DNA of 64,000 bases from Novosphingobium sp. Lineage in GTDB: Bacteria; Pseudomonadota; Alphaproteobacteria; Sphingomonadales; Sphingomonadaceae. Below, in pieces: positions 62,391 through 64,000 of the stretch. Location of the stretch: the NCBI RefSeq assembly GCF_030696665.1, contig NZ_JAUYRV010000022.1, positions 2,976-66,975 of the forward strand. Reading direction: 5' to 3'. Numbering within the stretch: the first letter of the stretch is position 1; the number at the start of each line of letters is the position of its first letter. The notes under the pieces were generated by a model, which made no database searches, was not told where the DNA came from, and saw nothing but the letters and a program-made list of their open reading frames with translations. Made by a program: the position numbers and the translations under genes.

Positions 62391-63143
62391 TCAGTTCGCC
62401 AGTTCGTAGCTGACGTTGACGGTCACCGTCATTTCCAGTTCGCCTGCCGCAACCGGAGAGGACTTGGGTGCTGAAGCCATGTCAGCCCGTGCGAACATCA
62501 CTTGCGGCTGCGGGGGTGACCAACCGGCGTTCTCGTTGATTGCAAGAATGCGCACGACGCGCAGACCCGCAGCCTTGGCATAGAGGTCCGCACGCGCCCG
62601 AGCCTTTTTCATCGCTTCGATGCGTGCTTCGTCCATCGCCGCATCGGGGCTGTCGATCTGGAAGCTTGGACCGTTCACCTGATTCGCGCCTGCTGCCACC
62701 AGCGTGTCGATCACCTTGCCGTACTGGTCCAGCTTGCGCTGGCGGACCGAGACCTGATTCGTCGCCTGATAACCGACGATCACCGGGTCGCGCTCTTCGA
62801 TGGAACCATCGGGCAGGCGCTTCGGCTGGCCATAGACTGGGTTCACCGACAGGTTGCTCGTCTGGATGTCGCGCTCGGCAATGCCGCTCTTGCGCAGCGA
62901 TGCGATGACGGCAGTCATGCGCTGGGCATTCTCCGTAAGCGCTTCACCGGCGGTCTTGCCTTGCGTGGTGACGCCTGCATTGAACACCGCCAGATCGGGC
63001 GTGCGGGCAGATTTGCCCTCGGCTGCTATGCTCAGCAGCGTGTTGCCTGCGCCAACGACCGGACCTGAAGACATGACCTGAGCCTGAGTTGCAAACGGGG
63101 TGAGCGCCGCGAGTGCGGCGGCGATAAGGAACTTGCGCTTCAT
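62391..63143 (-). CDS. SIMPL domain (DUF541) exported protein
   Basis: Signal peptide, PDLA..GV.T, RDIQT.NLSV.P, AMKKARARA..YA. Confidence 0.9.
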   Translation of the reverse strand: MKRKFLIAAALAALTPFATQAQVMSSGPVVGAGNTLLSIAAEGKSARTPDLAVFNAGVTTQGKTAGEALTENAQRMTAVIASLRKSGIAERDIQTSNLSVNPVYGQPKRLPDGSIEERDPVIVGYQATNQVSVRQRKLDQYGKVIDTLVAAGANQVNGPSFQIDSPDAAMDEARIEAMKKARARADLYAKAAGLRVVRILAINENAGWSPPQPQVMFARADMASAPKSSPVAAGELEMTVTVNVSYELAN

Positions 63144-63213
63144 GTAGGGTAGTCTCCCGGAAATGCCACTGCTGCCGATCTGGGCGCAGCGACGTTACAC
63201 GGCGATGAACCGT

Positions 63214-63717
63214 TCAGCGCAGGCTTCGTTCCAGCACGACCATGCGGAATGTGTCGGGGTCGCCATAAGGAAATGGTCGCGTTTCGCCGCTGCGAGCATA
63301 CCCCCGTCGTTCATAATACGCGATCAGGTCTGCCCTTGCGTCGATCACGGTCATTTCCATGATCTGCGTGCCGAACTGCTCGGCTGCCATGTCTTCGGCA
63401 TCGGCAATCAGCGCGCGGCCCAGCCCCTCGGCCTGCAACTCCGGATTTACGCAGAGCATGCCAAGATAGGCGCGGCCTTTGCCAAGGGTGCGGATGGTGA
63501 CTGTCCCGGCGAGCTTGCCTTCAATCTCCGCCAGCAGAACCCTGGTGTTATCGTCAGCAATGGCATTGGCCAGTTCTTCATCGCTGGTGCGCTCATCATC
63601 GAGCAGATCCGCCTCGTGCGTCCATCCTTGTTTGGCGCTTTCACCACGATACGCGCTTTCCACCAGCACGCGCAGACGCGGCACGTCCACAGCTTTGGCA
63701 AGTGCGAAGCGAATCAT
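63214..63717 (-). CDS. GNAT-family N-acetyltransferase
   Basis: YLGMLCVNP.LQAEGLGRALI, YYERRGY; start 4 nt after pyrF stop. Confidence 0.92.
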   Translation of the reverse strand: MIRFALAKAVDVPRLRVLVESAYRGESAKQGWTHEADLLDDERTSDEELANAIADDNTRVLLAEIEGKLAGTVTIRTLGKGRAYLGMLCVNPELQAEGLGRALIADAEDMAAEQFGTQIMEMTVIDARADLIAYYERRGYARSGETRPFPYGDPDTFRMVVLERSLR

Positions 63718-63721
63718 CGGA

Positions 63722-64000
63722 TCAAAGCGTGCCTTCGATGGCCCGGGCAGCGGCGACCGGATCTTCGGCGCGGCTGATTGGGCGGCCAATGACCAGAACG
63801 CTTGCCCCGGCATCACGCGCGGCGCGCGGCGTGACAGCGCGTTTCTGGTCACCCAGCTTGCCATCAGCGGGGCGCAGGCCCGGCACCACGAAATAGCCGT
63901 TCTTCCAGCGCTTGTGGATCGCGCCCACTTCGTGCCCGGAACAGACGATGCCATCCAGCCCGGCTTCCTGCGCCAGATCGGCAAGTCGCAACGCCTGATC
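63722..64000 (-). CDS. pyrF: Orotidine-5'-phosphate decarboxylase (5' end outside window)
   Basis: GIVCS, VVPGLRP, DQKR..TP, LVIGRPI. Confidence 0.95.
   Translation of the reverse strand, partial: DQALRLADLAQEAGLDGIVCSGHEVGAIHKRWKNGYFVVPGLRPADGKLGDQKRAVTPRAARDAGASVLVIGRPISRAEDPVAAARAIEGTL

Overview
GC-rich alphaproteobacterial chromosome segment, most likely Sphingomonadales (Novosphingobium-like; inferred from gene order and protein motifs, no database search run). Positions 1-11.4 kb are accessory: a signalling cluster (HWE kinase, winged-helix protein, a three-gene LuxR-HTH-TM / small helical protein / membrane protein module, NarL-type two-component pair), an orphan Rap1a-like immunity gene, a stand-alone ligAB dioxygenase pair, and a translationally coupled adaptor-like / GH-E nuclease toxin / SUFU immunity cassette with no delivery machinery in the window. 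Positions 11.6-28.6 kb hold the str-S10-spc ribosomal supercluster (rpsL to adk), not followed by the alpha operon. Positions 28.6-64 kb are mainly housekeeping (gdhA, recA, alaS, icd, tRNA-Val, cpdR, an MmgR/SuhB-like sRNA, uvrD, and a pyrF-trpFBA-accD-folC cluster with extra DNA at every junction except trpA-accD). No CRISPR array, rRNA, integrase or transposase was seen. Best candidates for undescribed biology: the short-leader GH-E toxin cassette (9281-10762), the membrane-tethered LuxR triad (1923-3589), and an 85-codon membrane ORF coupled at both ends between trpB and trpA (59310-59567). Many starts were moved from the ORF track to the start that fits family length and RBS.
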